Source: Candidatus Merdibacter merdipullorum
GTDB taxonomy: Bacteria; Bacillota_I; Bacilli_A; Erysipelotrichales; Erysipelotrichaceae
DNA length: 43,416 bases
Assembly (NCBI GenBank): GCA_019115895.1
Contig: DXCS01000019.1
Location: 1-43,416 of the forward strand
Direction: 5' to 3'
The notes under the pieces: model-generated
The model's database searches: none
Seen by the model: only the letters and a program-made list of their open reading frames with translations
Told to the model about the DNA's origin: nothing
Shown: positions 18,891 to 28,772 of the stretch, in pieces
How positions within the stretch are numbered: the stretch's first letter is position 1
Layout: each line of letters opens with the position of its first letter
Translations under genes and position numbers: made by a program

Positions 18891-20339
18891 TTAGCTGATT
18901 TGATATGCGTGCAGGAAATGCAGGGTGATATCCCGGCATCCTTCCGCCTGTATCAGTTTAACACATCTTCGTGCGTTTGGGTAAACTCTGGTGGTAAAAA
19001 CTTCGCTGCCGCCATTGAGGAACAGCTCCAGAGAGGAGGTATCCGAGAAGATCCGTAAGTCTTTGAGCGTATTCAGACGCAGGCTGCGGGAGATCCGTCC
19101 AGATCCAGCCTTTTGGATATCCAAGGTGAATGTCCCATCCTTGAAGATGATGTGCATCTCCTCGCTGAGCTGGAGGTGCAGGGAATGGCATTCCTGAAAG
19201 TGCATGTCCAGTTCATAGCATTCCTCATCGATCTGCGCCGCATTCAGCGTTTCTTCAGTGAATACGCGGGTGTTGAAGCGCAAAGCCTCTAATTCCTTCA
19301 GCGGCTGCTGGCACAGCTGCCCGTCAATGAAGGTGAGCTCGCGCGGCAGAGTGAGCGCGTGCTGCCAGCCGTGATCCACGGTCGGATTGGTGTAATCGGC
19401 ATCCGGTATGCCCATCCATCCGATCAGGATGCGCCTGCCTTGTTCATCTTCAAAAGTCTGGGGAGCGTAGAAGTCAAATCCGCGGTCCAGCTGATGGATG
19501 TGATCGATATGCAGCCCCTCTTCCAGGCTTCCGGACAAAGTCATCCAGGTGACCGAATGCACATTGGCATAATCATCGCCCTGAGCTGGGACGCCCTGCG
19601 GGCAGGTGATCAGGATCTTCTGTCCGTTCAGGAAGAAGAGATCCGGACATTCCCACATGTAGCCAAGCGGTTCATCGCTCTGGATGCGGATATGCGGCTG
19701 CCAGTGATGCAGGTCACTCGAGCGAAACATCTGCACACAGCCATGATCGTGCAAGTCACGGCTTCCTTGCACCATGTAATAGATCCCGTTTTCTTTGCAT
19801 AGCTTTGGATCGCGGATGTGCTGGGTCAGGTCCTTGGGATAGTCATCCATGCCCATGACCAGTTCTTTTTGGGCGAAATGCCAGCCGTCCGTGCTTTCCA
19901 GATGGATCGTGTTGGCCACGCGGCCGCTGTGGATATAATCATAGTCCTCGCGGTCAAACAGCTTGATGTTGCCGGTATAGAAATAATGGATGCGTCCATC
20001 TTCCACAAAAGCGCTGCCGGAGTAGACCCCATGGGTATCCAGATCGCTGTCAGGGAACAGGAATGGCTCCTGTTCCTCATAGCGGATGAAATCACGGGTC
20101 GTCACATGTGCCCACAGCTTCAGGTCGCCGTTGGCATCAAAAGGATCATACTGATAATAGAGATGATAGAGGCCGTGAAACTGACACAGGCCGTTGGGAT
20201 CATTGAGCCAGCCGATGTCTGGCATCAGATGATAGTGCAGGCGGCGCGGATCGGCTGCAGCTTTTTGTTTCGGCTCGTCCTGCAGCCGTTTCCACGCGTC
20301 ATAGTCTTTGCGGAAGACTGGTTCGTATTTTTTAAGCAT
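18891..20339 (-). CDS. scrB: Sucrose-6-phosphate hydrolase (GH32)
   Basis: WLNDPNG, RDP, WECPD, DFYAPQ motifs. Confidence 0.93.
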   Translation of the reverse strand: MLKKYEPVFRKDYDAWKRLQDEPKQKAAADPRRLHYHLMPDIGWLNDPNGLCQFHGLYHLYYQYDPFDANGDLKLWAHVTTRDFIRYEEQEPFLFPDSDLDTHGVYSGSAFVEDGRIHYFYTGNIKLFDREDYDYIHSGRVANTIHLESTDGWHFAQKELVMGMDDYPKDLTQHIRDPKLCKENGIYYMVQGSRDLHDHGCVQMFRSSDLHHWQPHIRIQSDEPLGYMWECPDLFFLNGQKILITCPQGVPAQGDDYANVHSVTWMTLSGSLEEGLHIDHIHQLDRGFDFYAPQTFEDEQGRRILIGWMGIPDADYTNPTVDHGWQHALTLPRELTFIDGQLCQQPLKELEALRFNTRVFTEETLNAAQIDEECYELDMHFQECHSLHLQLSEEMHIIFKDGTFTLDIQKAGSGRISRSLRLNTLKDLRIFSDTSSLELFLNGGSEVFTTRVYPNARRCVKLIQAEGCRDITLHFLHAYQIS

Positions 20340-22254
20340 TTGTATCCTTCCTTATCGTCAGCGCGGGCTGTGCGATGTCAGCGTCAGTGTTTTCCTTGAC
20401 CTCGATCTGGTATTGCGCGCTGTTGGTGATGATCATCATCGTCTGATCGCTGTATCCGGCAGCCTTGATCTTCGCAGGATCGAAGCGCATCAGCTTTGTC
20501 CCTGCGGCAACGTTTTCTCCTTCTTTCACGAATGTCTCAAAGCCGTCCCCGTTCATGTTCACGGTGTCGATGCCGCAGTGGATCATGATCTCCACGCCTT
20601 GCGGGGAAATGAGTCCTAAGGCATGGCCGCTGGGAAAGGTGAAAGCGACCTTGGCGTCACATGGCGCATAGATGACATTGTCCTTGGGGTCGATGCAGAT
20701 GCCTTTGCCCATGCCTTCGCTGGCAAAAGCGGGATCAGCGGCGGCAGTGATGTTGCGCACGGTGCCTTTCAGCGGACAGTTCAGCGTCATCGTGAATGCC
20801 TCTGTTTCCTGCTGGGGAGCCGGTGCTTCGCTCTTCTTGGTCTTTGCGGCATCATTCTCTGCTTCGATCTTCTTCCAGAAGAAGAGGGTGACCAGGGCAG
20901 AGACAGCCATCGATAACAACAGCCCGATGGCAAACATCGGCCAGTCTTGCGGCAAGACGGAGATGAAGCCAGGAATGCCGGCTGCGCCAAGCGCCTGAGC
21001 GAGGATGTGGAAGAGCGCGCACCATGCGCTGCCTACGGCCGAACCGATCATGGCTGCGTAGAATGGGTAGCGCAGCTTCAGCGTGACACCGAACATGGCA
21101 GGTTCGGTGATGCCCAGCAAGGCGCTGACACCGGCAGCGGAACAGATAGACTTCAGCTTGACATCCTTCGTTTTGAACAGCACGGTCAGGACGGCTGCGC
21201 CCTGGGCGACATTGTTCATGGAGGCAGTGATGAAGATGAAGCTTCCGCCAGTGACGGCGATGGAAGCAAGCAGCTGCGTTTCGATCGGGATGAATGAATG
21301 GTGCATGCCGGTCAGCGTGATCGGCGCATAGACGAGTCCGAACAGACCGCCGCCGATCGGGCCTAAGGTGTTATACAGCCAGGTGATGCCGTCTGCGAGC
21401 AGGTTGCCGGCACCGCGCATGATCGGTCCGACGAACAGGAACGTGATGAATGCGCTGATCATGATCGACAACAGCGGAGTGGTCAGGTTGTCCAGCCAGG
21501 TCGGCGTCACCTTATGCAGACGCTTTTCGATGTTGGCCAGGATCCAGGATACAGCAAGTACCGGGAGCACGGTGCCCTGATAGCCGACAGCGTTGATGGT
21601 GAGGCCGAACAAGTTCCAGGTCGGTACTTCGACGCCCGTGCCGAGGCTGTACGCGTTGAGCAGGTCTGGATGGACCATGATCATGCCCATTGCGGCGCCC
21701 AGATATGGATTGCCGCCAAAACGTTTGGTCGCTGAGAAACCGATGAGCACCGGCAGGAAAGTGAATGGCGCATTGGCGAAGATATTGATCATCGCCGCCA
21801 GATCGCGGAACTGTGGGAACATGTCGATGATGGACTGTCCGCCTTCGAACATCGCGGCGGTGAGGACGTTGTTGATGCCCATGAGCAGACCGCCGGCGAC
21901 GATGGCCGGGATGATCGGGACGAAGATGTCGGAGAACATCTTGACAAAGCGCTGTACCGGGCTGCCTTTGCTTTCCTCAGCTTCATCCGGTGCGCTGTCT
22001 GCCACGGCCCCGATCTGTTTCTGGACCTCATCGCAGACCAGGTTGACAAGTCCTGAGCCCAGGATGATCTGGAACTGGCTGTTGGTCATGAACGTCCCTT
22101 TGACGACGTCGATATCAGAGATGGCATCTTCATTGCGAAGATCAGGATTCTTGAGCTGAAAACGAAGGCGGGTGGCACAATGCTGAACAGAGCGGATGTT
22201 GTCTTTTCCGCCGACCTGTTCAATGATCTTTGAAGCGATCGATGCGTAATCCAT
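20332..22254 (-). CDS. scrA: PTS sucrose-specific EIIBCA
   Basis: HCATRLR (EIIB), GITEPAMFG (EIIC), HCGIDTV (EIIA); adjacent to GH32 and fructokinase. Confidence 0.9.
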   Translation of the reverse strand: MDYASIASKIIEQVGGKDNIRSVQHCATRLRFQLKNPDLRNEDAISDIDVVKGTFMTNSQFQIILGSGLVNLVCDEVQKQIGAVADSAPDEAEESKGSPVQRFVKMFSDIFVPIIPAIVAGGLLMGINNVLTAAMFEGGQSIIDMFPQFRDLAAMINIFANAPFTFLPVLIGFSATKRFGGNPYLGAAMGMIMVHPDLLNAYSLGTGVEVPTWNLFGLTINAVGYQGTVLPVLAVSWILANIEKRLHKVTPTWLDNLTTPLLSIMISAFITFLFVGPIMRGAGNLLADGITWLYNTLGPIGGGLFGLVYAPITLTGMHHSFIPIETQLLASIAVTGGSFIFITASMNNVAQGAAVLTVLFKTKDVKLKSICSAAGVSALLGITEPAMFGVTLKLRYPFYAAMIGSAVGSAWCALFHILAQALGAAGIPGFISVLPQDWPMFAIGLLLSMAVSALVTLFFWKKIEAENDAAKTKKSEAPAPQQETEAFTMTLNCPLKGTVRNITAAADPAFASEGMGKGICIDPKDNVIYAPCDAKVAFTFPSGHALGLISPQGVEIMIHCGIDTVNMNGDGFETFVKEGENVAAGTKLMRFDPAKIKAAGYSDQTMMIITNSAQYQIEVKENTDADIAQPALTIRKDTNA

Positions 22255-22282
22255 AATTACGTCTCCTCCTTATTCCCCTTTG

Positions 22283-22377
22283 TATGGTACCGGTTCCATA
22301 TTGTTTACACTGTTATTATAAAACCGCTTACATGAACTGTCAACCCATTTTGCATATTTTTTGGAACCGGTACCATA
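22283..22377 (-). promoter_or_regulatory. scrA promoter with two LacI-type operators and a cre-like site
   Basis: TTGACA(22338-43)-N17-TATAAT(22315-20); near-palindromes TATGGTACCGGTTCCATA (22283-22300) and TGGAACCGGTACCATA (22362-22377); TGTAAGCGGTTTTA (22319-22332) matches the cre consensus at 13/14. Confidence 0.85.
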
Positions 22378-22399
22378 TTTTGGATGAAGATCCGCCGGG

Positions 22400-23398
22400 C
22401 TAAGGCCGGCGGATCGATACGCTTTCTCCTTTGATGAATGTGTAATTGACATATTGCGGGGTCTGCACCTTTTCGCCCCTGAGCATCTTCAAGATGGTGC
22501 GCGCGCAGCATTTGCCGCTGTACTCGCTATCAAAGCGCACCGTAGCCAATTGCGGCGTGAGCAGCTCACTGACATCATAGCCGCCGAAAGAGATGACGGA
22601 GATGTCTTCTGGGATGCGCAGCCCGCGCTCCCGGATGACTTTATAAGCGCCCAGCGCCTGACGGTCCGTGGAACAGATGAGCGCGTCGATCGTATGCTCA
22701 TCCAGGATCTTGCCGACTTGCTCGCAGGCATGTTCCAGCGAGAAATCGCTCAGATAGACGCAGATGTCGTTGACGCCGCTTTCGTGCAGGCCGTCCATGA
22801 TGCCCTGGCGGCGTACGACGCCGATCGCCTCATCCCATGTATCGACACACAGGCAGGCGACGCTGCGGTGATGACGCTCGCCGATGTAGGTGCCGACGAA
22901 CTTGCCGCCATAGTAGTCATCGTTGATGATGCATACGCCTTCCTCGTAGCGCTGTGCCACGACGACGATGGGAATGTCGATCTGAGCGAGCAGACGGTGA
23001 TGCGCTTCGCTGAGGTGCGTGGCGCTGAGGATGAGCCCGTCTACCTTCATCCGCCACAGCCGCTCCAGATACTGCAGCTCCAGCTCCTCCTGATGATCGG
23101 TATTGATGATCAGCGTGCTGTAGCCGGCTTCGCGCAGATGGCGGTCGATGCTCATCATCACCTTGCTGGTCACGGTCGAATCCAGGCACGGAGCGATGAT
23201 GCCGATCATCTTGCTTTCCTTGGCTTTCAGGCGGGCAAAGGCATTCGGCTCATAATTATATCTGGCAATCACATCTGCGATCTTCTGCCGCGTCTCTTCC
23301 CGGACATATCCGCCGTTGAAGTAACGGGACACGGTGCTCTTGCCCACGCCGCATTTTTCGGCGATTTCTTTCATCGTGATCTTTTTGGCAACACTCAT
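22400..23398 (-). CDS. scrR: LacI-family sucrose repressor
   Basis: ITMKEIA...GVGKSTVSRYFN HTH, YEPNAFAR, IPEDISVISF. Confidence 0.88.
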   Translation of the reverse strand: MSVAKKITMKEIAEKCGVGKSTVSRYFNGGYVREETRQKIADVIARYNYEPNAFARLKAKESKMIGIIAPCLDSTVTSKVMMSIDRHLREAGYSTLIINTDHQEELELQYLERLWRMKVDGLILSATHLSEAHHRLLAQIDIPIVVVAQRYEEGVCIINDDYYGGKFVGTYIGERHHRSVACLCVDTWDEAIGVVRRQGIMDGLHESGVNDICVYLSDFSLEHACEQVGKILDEHTIDALICSTDRQALGAYKVIRERGLRIPEDISVISFGGYDVSELLTPQLATVRFDSEYSGKCCARTILKMLRGEKVQTPQYVNYTFIKGESVSIRRP

Positions 23399-23512
23399 GG
23401 CAAGTTCCTCCTGCATTACTTTCTATCATAGCACAGGAAAGCGGCGCGCACTGCGGTTTTTCGCACCATTTTGTGTTTTTTTCATAGATTGGTAATGCGA
23501 GGAGGATGGAAT

Positions 23513-25336
23513 ATGTGCGGCATTGCCGGTATTGTGGATTATGAGAATGAACGGCAGACCATGAGCTGGGACATCCTGAAGGCCATGCAGGACACCATGC
23601 GCCGGCGCGGGCCGGATCAAAACGGGATCTGGCATGATCGCTTTGTATCGCTGGTGCATGCGCGGCTGAGCATCATGGACCCTGAGCACGGCCTGCAGCC
23701 GATGCACATGCAGGAAGGCAGCATCGTCTATAACGGGGAGCTGTATAATGGCGGCGAGCTGAGAGCAGAGCTGAAACAGGCGGGCTACCAGTTTCAGACC
23801 AAGTGTGACACGGAGGTGGTGCTGGCCGCGTACCTGCACTGGAAAGAGCATTGTGTGGAACGCTTCAACGGCATCTTCGCCTTTGCCATCTGGGATGGCT
23901 GGCGCAAGGAATTGTTCGTCGCCAGGGATCCCATGGGGGTCAAACCGCTGTTTTACACCGAGCAGGCGGGCATGTTCCTGTTTGGCAGCGAGATCAAGAC
24001 GCTGCTGGCGCATCCGCAGATCCCCGCGCAGGTGAGCCGTGAAGGGCTGATGCAGCTGATGCTGCTAGGACCGGGACGCATTCCGGGGGACGGTGTATTC
24101 GAGGGCATCCGGGAGATCCGCCCCGGGTGCTGCGGCTATGTGGATGTGCATGGTCTGCACAGCTGGGAATATGCGCCTCTCAAGGACCGCCGGCATGTTC
24201 AGCGCATGGAAGAGACCGTTCAGCATGTGCGCGAGCTATTGCTGGATGCGATCCACCGGCAGCTGCAGGCAGATGTGCCTGTAGGGACATTTCTCTCCGG
24301 CGGGCTGGATTCCAGCATCATCAGCGCCGTGGCAGCGCGGGAATTTGCGGCAGAAGGAAAGGTGCTCCATACCTTTTCCCTGGATTATGAAGACAATGAG
24401 AAGTATTTTCATTCCACGAAGTTTCAGCCGGATGCGGATACGGCGTATATGCAGCTCATGGCCGATCAGCTGCACAGCGAGCATCATCTGATCGTGCTGA
24501 AGCCGGAAGATGTGGCGCAGGCATTGTATGCGGCGGTGGAAGCCCGCGATCTGCCGGGCATGGCCGATGTGGACAGCTCGCTGCTGCTGTTTTGTCAACA
24601 GATCCGCCAGCATGTCAAGGTGGCGCTTTCCGGAGAGTGCGCGGATGAGCTGTTCGGCGGATACCCCTGGTTCCGCGATCCCCAGATCAGGAGCCGCTAT
24701 GGCTTCCCATGGGCGCAGACGAGCGCATACCGCAGCACGTTCATCCGCGATGAGATCCTGCAGGGACAGGATGGGGAAGACTATGTCTCGTTTTGGTATC
24801 AGAAGAGCATCGACGCCACGGACTGTGTGGAAGGCATCGATACGGATGAGCGCCGCCTGCGGGAGATGGTGCGGCTGAACATGAAGTGGTTCATGCAGAC
24901 GCTGCTGGACCGTAAGGACCGCATGAGCATGTATGCGTCCCTGGAAGTCCGTGTCCCCTTCTGTGATGTAAGACTTGCATCTTATTTATACAGTATTCCC
25001 TGGGAAATGAAAGATTACCGGGGCTATGAAAAAGGCCTTCTGCGTGAAGCGGTGAAGGGCCTGCTTCCGGATGAAGTGCTGTGGCGCAAAAAAAGCCCGT
25101 ATCCCAAGACCTGGCATCCGCGCTATCGCCAGACGGTCAGCGCCATGATGCGGGAAGTGCTCGCTGATCCCGGCGCGCCGCTGTTCGATGTGGTCAGACG
25201 GAAACGGGTGGAGGAGCTGCTCGATGAGGAGCGCAGCATCCCCTGGTATGGCCAGCTGATGACCACGCCGCAGACGATCGCTTATCTGCTGCAGCTCAAT
25301 CACTGGCTGAGGCATTATCATGTCCAGATCGTCTAG
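23513..25336 (+). CDS. asnB: Asparagine synthase (glutamine-hydrolysing), AsnB/AsnO-like
   Basis: MCGIAG Ntn nucleophile, RGPD, YNGELYN, LSGGLDSS, LSGECADELFGGY; RBS GGAGG. Confidence 0.93.
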   Translation: MCGIAGIVDYENERQTMSWDILKAMQDTMRRRGPDQNGIWHDRFVSLVHARLSIMDPEHGLQPMHMQEGSIVYNGELYNGGELRAELKQAGYQFQTKCDTEVVLAAYLHWKEHCVERFNGIFAFAIWDGWRKELFVARDPMGVKPLFYTEQAGMFLFGSEIKTLLAHPQIPAQVSREGLMQLMLLGPGRIPGDGVFEGIREIRPGCCGYVDVHGLHSWEYAPLKDRRHVQRMEETVQHVRELLLDAIHRQLQADVPVGTFLSGGLDSSIISAVAAREFAAEGKVLHTFSLDYEDNEKYFHSTKFQPDADTAYMQLMADQLHSEHHLIVLKPEDVAQALYAAVEARDLPGMADVDSSLLLFCQQIRQHVKVALSGECADELFGGYPWFRDPQIRSRYGFPWAQTSAYRSTFIRDEILQGQDGEDYVSFWYQKSIDATDCVEGIDTDERRLREMVRLNMKWFMQTLLDRKDRMSMYASLEVRVPFCDVRLASYLYSIPWEMKDYRGYEKGLLREAVKGLLPDEVLWRKKSPYPKTWHPRYRQTVSAMMREVLADPGAPLFDVVRRKRVEELLDEERSIPWYGQLMTTPQTIAYLLQLNHWLRHYHVQIV

Positions 25337-26178
25337 CGTTCAGTACGGCTTTCCAGCAGCGGGAGCATGATCGAGAACTCGACGCGCTCTCCGCTGTCCT
25401 CACAGGAGAAGGAGCCATCATAGCGCTCCGCGATCTGCCGTAGGATGCCGAGCCCGAGGCCATGCCCCTCTCCTTTGGAGGAAGCCATGCCCTCTGTCCG
25501 GACATGGAGAGAAGCGGGCTTGTGATTGGCGACCGTGACGATCAGGCAGTCAGCCTTGACCGCGGCAGAGACGAGGATCATCCGCTTTTCGGGCGGCATG
25601 AGCAGGGAGCCTTCGATCGCGTTGTCCAGCAGGTTGGCGAAGACGGAGATGAGGTCGACAGGGCTGACGGCGATCCTTTCGGGAAGCGCCAGGGCGCAGC
25701 TCATGTGGATGCCGAACGCGTCTGCGCGGGTCTTCTTGCTGAAGATGACCGCGTCGATCAAGGTGTTCTCACACAGCTCCATGCTGCACAGGCGGCTGTA
25801 TTCCTCCAGCAGCTGGGAGATGACCACATTGCGCTGCATGAGGCTCAGTTCGCTGAGGGCGGGGAAGCGGTCGATCTGCTTTTCGATCTCCGCGCGGATC
25901 TCCTCCAGGCTGGCCGCTGTGGCTTCATGGCTGCGCAGATAGTTTTCCTCGACACATTGCCGGCGCCGGATGCGCCGGTTTTCCACTTTCCGCGCACGGT
26001 AGCGGTGAAAGCAGCCAAACAGCCCGCAGATCAGAAGGCCATGCAGGATCAGGGCCATGATGCACCAGGGCAGCAGGCTTCGTTCCTTCAGCAGCATGCT
26101 GGAAAACAGCAGGGCGAAGAAGAGCAGCTGGCTCAGCAGCATCCCATATAAGCGCAGATAAGGATGTTCAGCGTTCAT
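25333..26178 (-). CDS. AgrC-type GHKL ATPase-domain membrane protein lacking the H-box
   Basis: Two N-terminal TMs; N-box FANLLDNAIE, G-box SKGEGHGLGLGI; region equivalent to RHDxxN reads IRAEIEKQ. Confidence 0.85.
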   Translation of the reverse strand: MNAEHPYLRLYGMLLSQLLFFALLFSSMLLKERSLLPWCIMALILHGLLICGLFGCFHRYRARKVENRRIRRRQCVEENYLRSHEATAASLEEIRAEIEKQIDRFPALSELSLMQRNVVISQLLEEYSRLCSMELCENTLIDAVIFSKKTRADAFGIHMSCALALPERIAVSPVDLISVFANLLDNAIEGSLLMPPEKRMILVSAAVKADCLIVTVANHKPASLHVRTEGMASSKGEGHGLGLGILRQIAERYDGSFSCEDSGERVEFSIMLPLLESRTER

Positions 26179-26884
26179 CCTGGCCCTCCTCTCTTTCTCT
26201 GGCGACGGCGATCGTCTGGATGAGGTTGATGATGTCGTGGCGCATGCGGCGCAGCTGTCTGCCATCGCGCTTGCCCATCATCCGGCTGCGCAGCCGCAAG
26301 CCATATGCCGTATACATGCGGCTGAGCTGTTCTTCCTCCTGCGCGTGCAGGAAGAGACGCTGCAACAGCGGCAGGAGCGCCATGTCCGCACACAGCGTGA
26401 GGACGACACAGCCTGCCGCCAGGGCGAAGGGGATCGTTGAAAACGGCAGCGCCATGAGAGAGAAGCTGACCAGCTGCAGATAAACCAGCAGCATCATGAG
26501 CAAGGCGGGCGCCTTGTCTTGCTGAAAGACCGCGTACAGCCGCCGCAGCCATGGCGCAGCCAGAGGCAGAGGGATCATCAGCGCCGCGCTGCACACAAAC
26601 GGAAAGGGCAGGATCAGCTCCAGGTCCAGGATCAGCGCATACAGCGCGCAGGGCAGCAGGATCTCGCTGAGCATGAGCCTGCCCTCGCGTGCCTGTAACA
26701 GGATGAAGGGCAGCGGCAGCAGCGTTAGGCATGCTGGCAGGGGAAGCAGCCTGCCCGCGCACAGCAGCGCCGTATGCAGCAGCATGCGCAAGCAGGAATA
26801 TCGAGAACACAGCATCCGTTCGCAGAACAGCGCCATCAGCGCGGCGCTCATGCCCATGCAGGCGATGTCGATCCAGTTGTCCAT
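26168..26884 (-). CDS. Multi-TM protein ending in an AgrC-type H-box, no ATPase domain
   Basis: About 6-7 hydrophobic segments followed by LRRMRHDIINLIQTI, then stop; RBS GAGGAGG. Confidence 0.7.
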   Translation of the reverse strand: MDNWIDIACMGMSAALMALFCERMLCSRYSCLRMLLHTALLCAGRLLPLPACLTLLPLPFILLQAREGRLMLSEILLPCALYALILDLELILPFPFVCSAALMIPLPLAAPWLRRLYAVFQQDKAPALLMMLLVYLQLVSFSLMALPFSTIPFALAAGCVVLTLCADMALLPLLQRLFLHAQEEEQLSRMYTAYGLRLRSRMMGKRDGRQLRRMRHDIINLIQTIAVAREREEGQDER

Positions 26885-26973
26885 AGCCATCCTCCTCGTT
26901 ATCCGTATTATACATGGAAAATGAACAAAATCTGGCAAAATCCATCAAAAATGAACAGCAAACAGGAAGATGC

Positions 26974-27052
26974 TGCATTTCGTTACATTAACTTTGCACT
27001 TCGTGTAGTAGGGCCGTGCGCGTTTGCGATGGAAATCAAGCTGTAATATAAT
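26974..27052 (+). promoter_or_regulatory. Kinase-operon promoter with LytTR-type direct repeats
   Basis: TGCATTTCGT (26974) / TGCACTTCGT (26995), 21-bp period, upstream of TTGCGA-N17-TATAAT (27024-27052). Confidence 0.6.
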
Positions 27053-27082
27053 AAAATCAGCGAAAATGAAGGGGATCACAGA

Positions 27083-28771
27083 ATGGGGAAACGGATGGAA
27101 GACAGGGTGAACAACACACCTGCATTGCCGGCGGGAACGCTTCTGCAAGGCAGGTATGAGATCGTCGCGGTGCTGGAGGAATTTGACCATGCGTCCTTTT
27201 ACGCTGCGTTCGATCGGGAGCTTTCACAGCGCGTCTGCATCAAGACATCCCTTGGCGCAAAGCAGAGCCGCCCGAGGGCGGAATGGCTGAAGGAAGCCCG
27301 CATCCAGATGCAGCTGCACCATGAGCACATCCCGCGCTGTCTGAACTATGTTGAAGAAGAGGGCGTGCCCTTCATCGTCATGGAGGAACTGTATGAGACG
27401 CGGATGAGCGATCTGCTCGCGCGGGAGCGCTTGGGCATGCAGCGGATCCACGCGATGGCGATGCAGCTGATGGACGTGCTGGATCATATCCATCAGGCAG
27501 GCTATGTGTGCCTGAATGTCTCCCCGAAGCAGATCCGGGTGAACGATCATGATGAGATCATGCTGTATGATTTCTCTTTTCTCACGCGCAGCGGGCAGCG
27601 CATCACGCATGTCCCGCAGCCGGAGCTGGCGGACCATCTGGCGCCTGAGGAATTTGCCCGCCGGGGCCATGCGCGCCGCAGCAGCGATGTGTATGCCCTG
27701 GGCGCCACGCTGTATGAGATGATCAGCGGCAAGACGCCGCTGTCCGCCCGCCGCCGTCAGCGCATCACTGAACGCTATCACCGCGAGATCCTGGAGAAGC
27801 TGTGCGCCATCGACGATGAGATCCCTTTGCATGTGGATCAGGCCATCCAGCGGTCGATGTCGCTGAAGCCGGATGAGCGTTTCCAGAACATGGCGGATTT
27901 CCGCAATGCCATGGAGCACGAATGCCACATCCAGGAAGAAAAGCGTCGCGCGAACCGCCGACAGTGCGTCGCGGCAGCCATGGTCATCCTCAACTGCCTG
28001 CTGATCGCCTGTCTCATCTTGGGGCTGATCCTGCATGAGAAGAGCCGCTTTCACCCATCGATGATCCAGGGCGAGCTGGAAGTCTGGCTGCCTTACCGCG
28101 ATGCGCGCGAACAAGCGCTCAACGCGCAGATCTGTTCCCTGTATGAACGAAAATATCCCCAGGTGGAGCTGCAGGTGACCCAGCTTGCACAGGAAGACTA
28201 CGCGCAGGCGCTCGATGCGGCAGATCTGCCGGATGTGTTCTTCTATGCAGAGGGGATCGATGAATCGCTGCTCGCAGACCTCAGCGATCTGCAGGCGGCG
28301 ATGGACCTTGACGCCTTGTTCGGCATCGAGGCCGGCGCGCATACGCTGAAGATGCCGCTGGCCTGGGATGCCCGCATCCATTATGTCAATACAGCGGCGC
28401 AAGGCGAGGCAAAGACGCTGGAAGACTTTTTGGCGGGAAAAAGCGGATCCTGGATGGGATCGCTGCTCGCGCTGCCGCAGATCAGCACGTCGCTTGCCGG
28501 CTACTGGGACATCGTTCCCACCCAGACCATCGAAGTGTCCTTTGCGGATGAGATGTGCGTGAAGCGCGGCGAGCGCAACGTGGAGAGCGCAGGCATGCTG
28601 TTCATCTACGAGATGCTGGGCGAACAGGCGCAGAGCGGCCGGTATCTGCAGCAGCAGGACCTGCTTCCGCTCAACCGGCAGATCCTCAGCGAATACGTCA
28701 GCGTATGGCCGCAGTTGTCCTACTTATTGGACGATGCACGGCAGATCGAGATCAGAGAAGGGGGAGGATGA
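27083..28771 (+). CDS. Ser/Thr pseudokinase - TM - extracellular solute-binding-like domain
   Basis: Kinase fold (VCIK, IVMEE, APE, SDVYALG) but Gly-loop, HRD and DFG degenerate; TM near aa 296-318; C-terminus resembles family-1 SBP (ELEVW...YPQVEL...LPDVF). Confidence 0.75.
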   Translation: MGKRMEDRVNNTPALPAGTLLQGRYEIVAVLEEFDHASFYAAFDRELSQRVCIKTSLGAKQSRPRAEWLKEARIQMQLHHEHIPRCLNYVEEEGVPFIVMEELYETRMSDLLARERLGMQRIHAMAMQLMDVLDHIHQAGYVCLNVSPKQIRVNDHDEIMLYDFSFLTRSGQRITHVPQPELADHLAPEEFARRGHARRSSDVYALGATLYEMISGKTPLSARRRQRITERYHREILEKLCAIDDEIPLHVDQAIQRSMSLKPDERFQNMADFRNAMEHECHIQEEKRRANRRQCVAAAMVILNCLLIACLILGLILHEKSRFHPSMIQGELEVWLPYRDAREQALNAQICSLYERKYPQVELQVTQLAQEDYAQALDAADLPDVFFYAEGIDESLLADLSDLQAAMDLDALFGIEAGAHTLKMPLAWDARIHYVNTAAQGEAKTLEDFLAGKSGSWMGSLLALPQISTSLAGYWDIVPTQTIEVSFADEMCVKRGERNVESAGMLFIYEMLGEQAQSGRYLQQQDLLPLNRQILSEYVSVWPQLSYLLDDARQIEIREGGG

Positions 28772-28772
28772 G

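Noticed and set aside
23462-23490. Sigma-K/E-like promoter (CACC...CATAGATT) before asnB
   Set aside because: Plausible given AsnO precedent, but too degenerate to call.
26168-26178. Frameshift joining the two kinase halves into one gene
   Set aside because: The second ORF has its own GAGGAGG RBS and two TMs that would separate H-box from ATPase; the overlap looks like translational coupling.
26175-26978. 267-aa Ala-rich alternative frame
   Set aside because: Low-complexity off-frame reading of the Leu-rich TM gene; no RBS or motifs.
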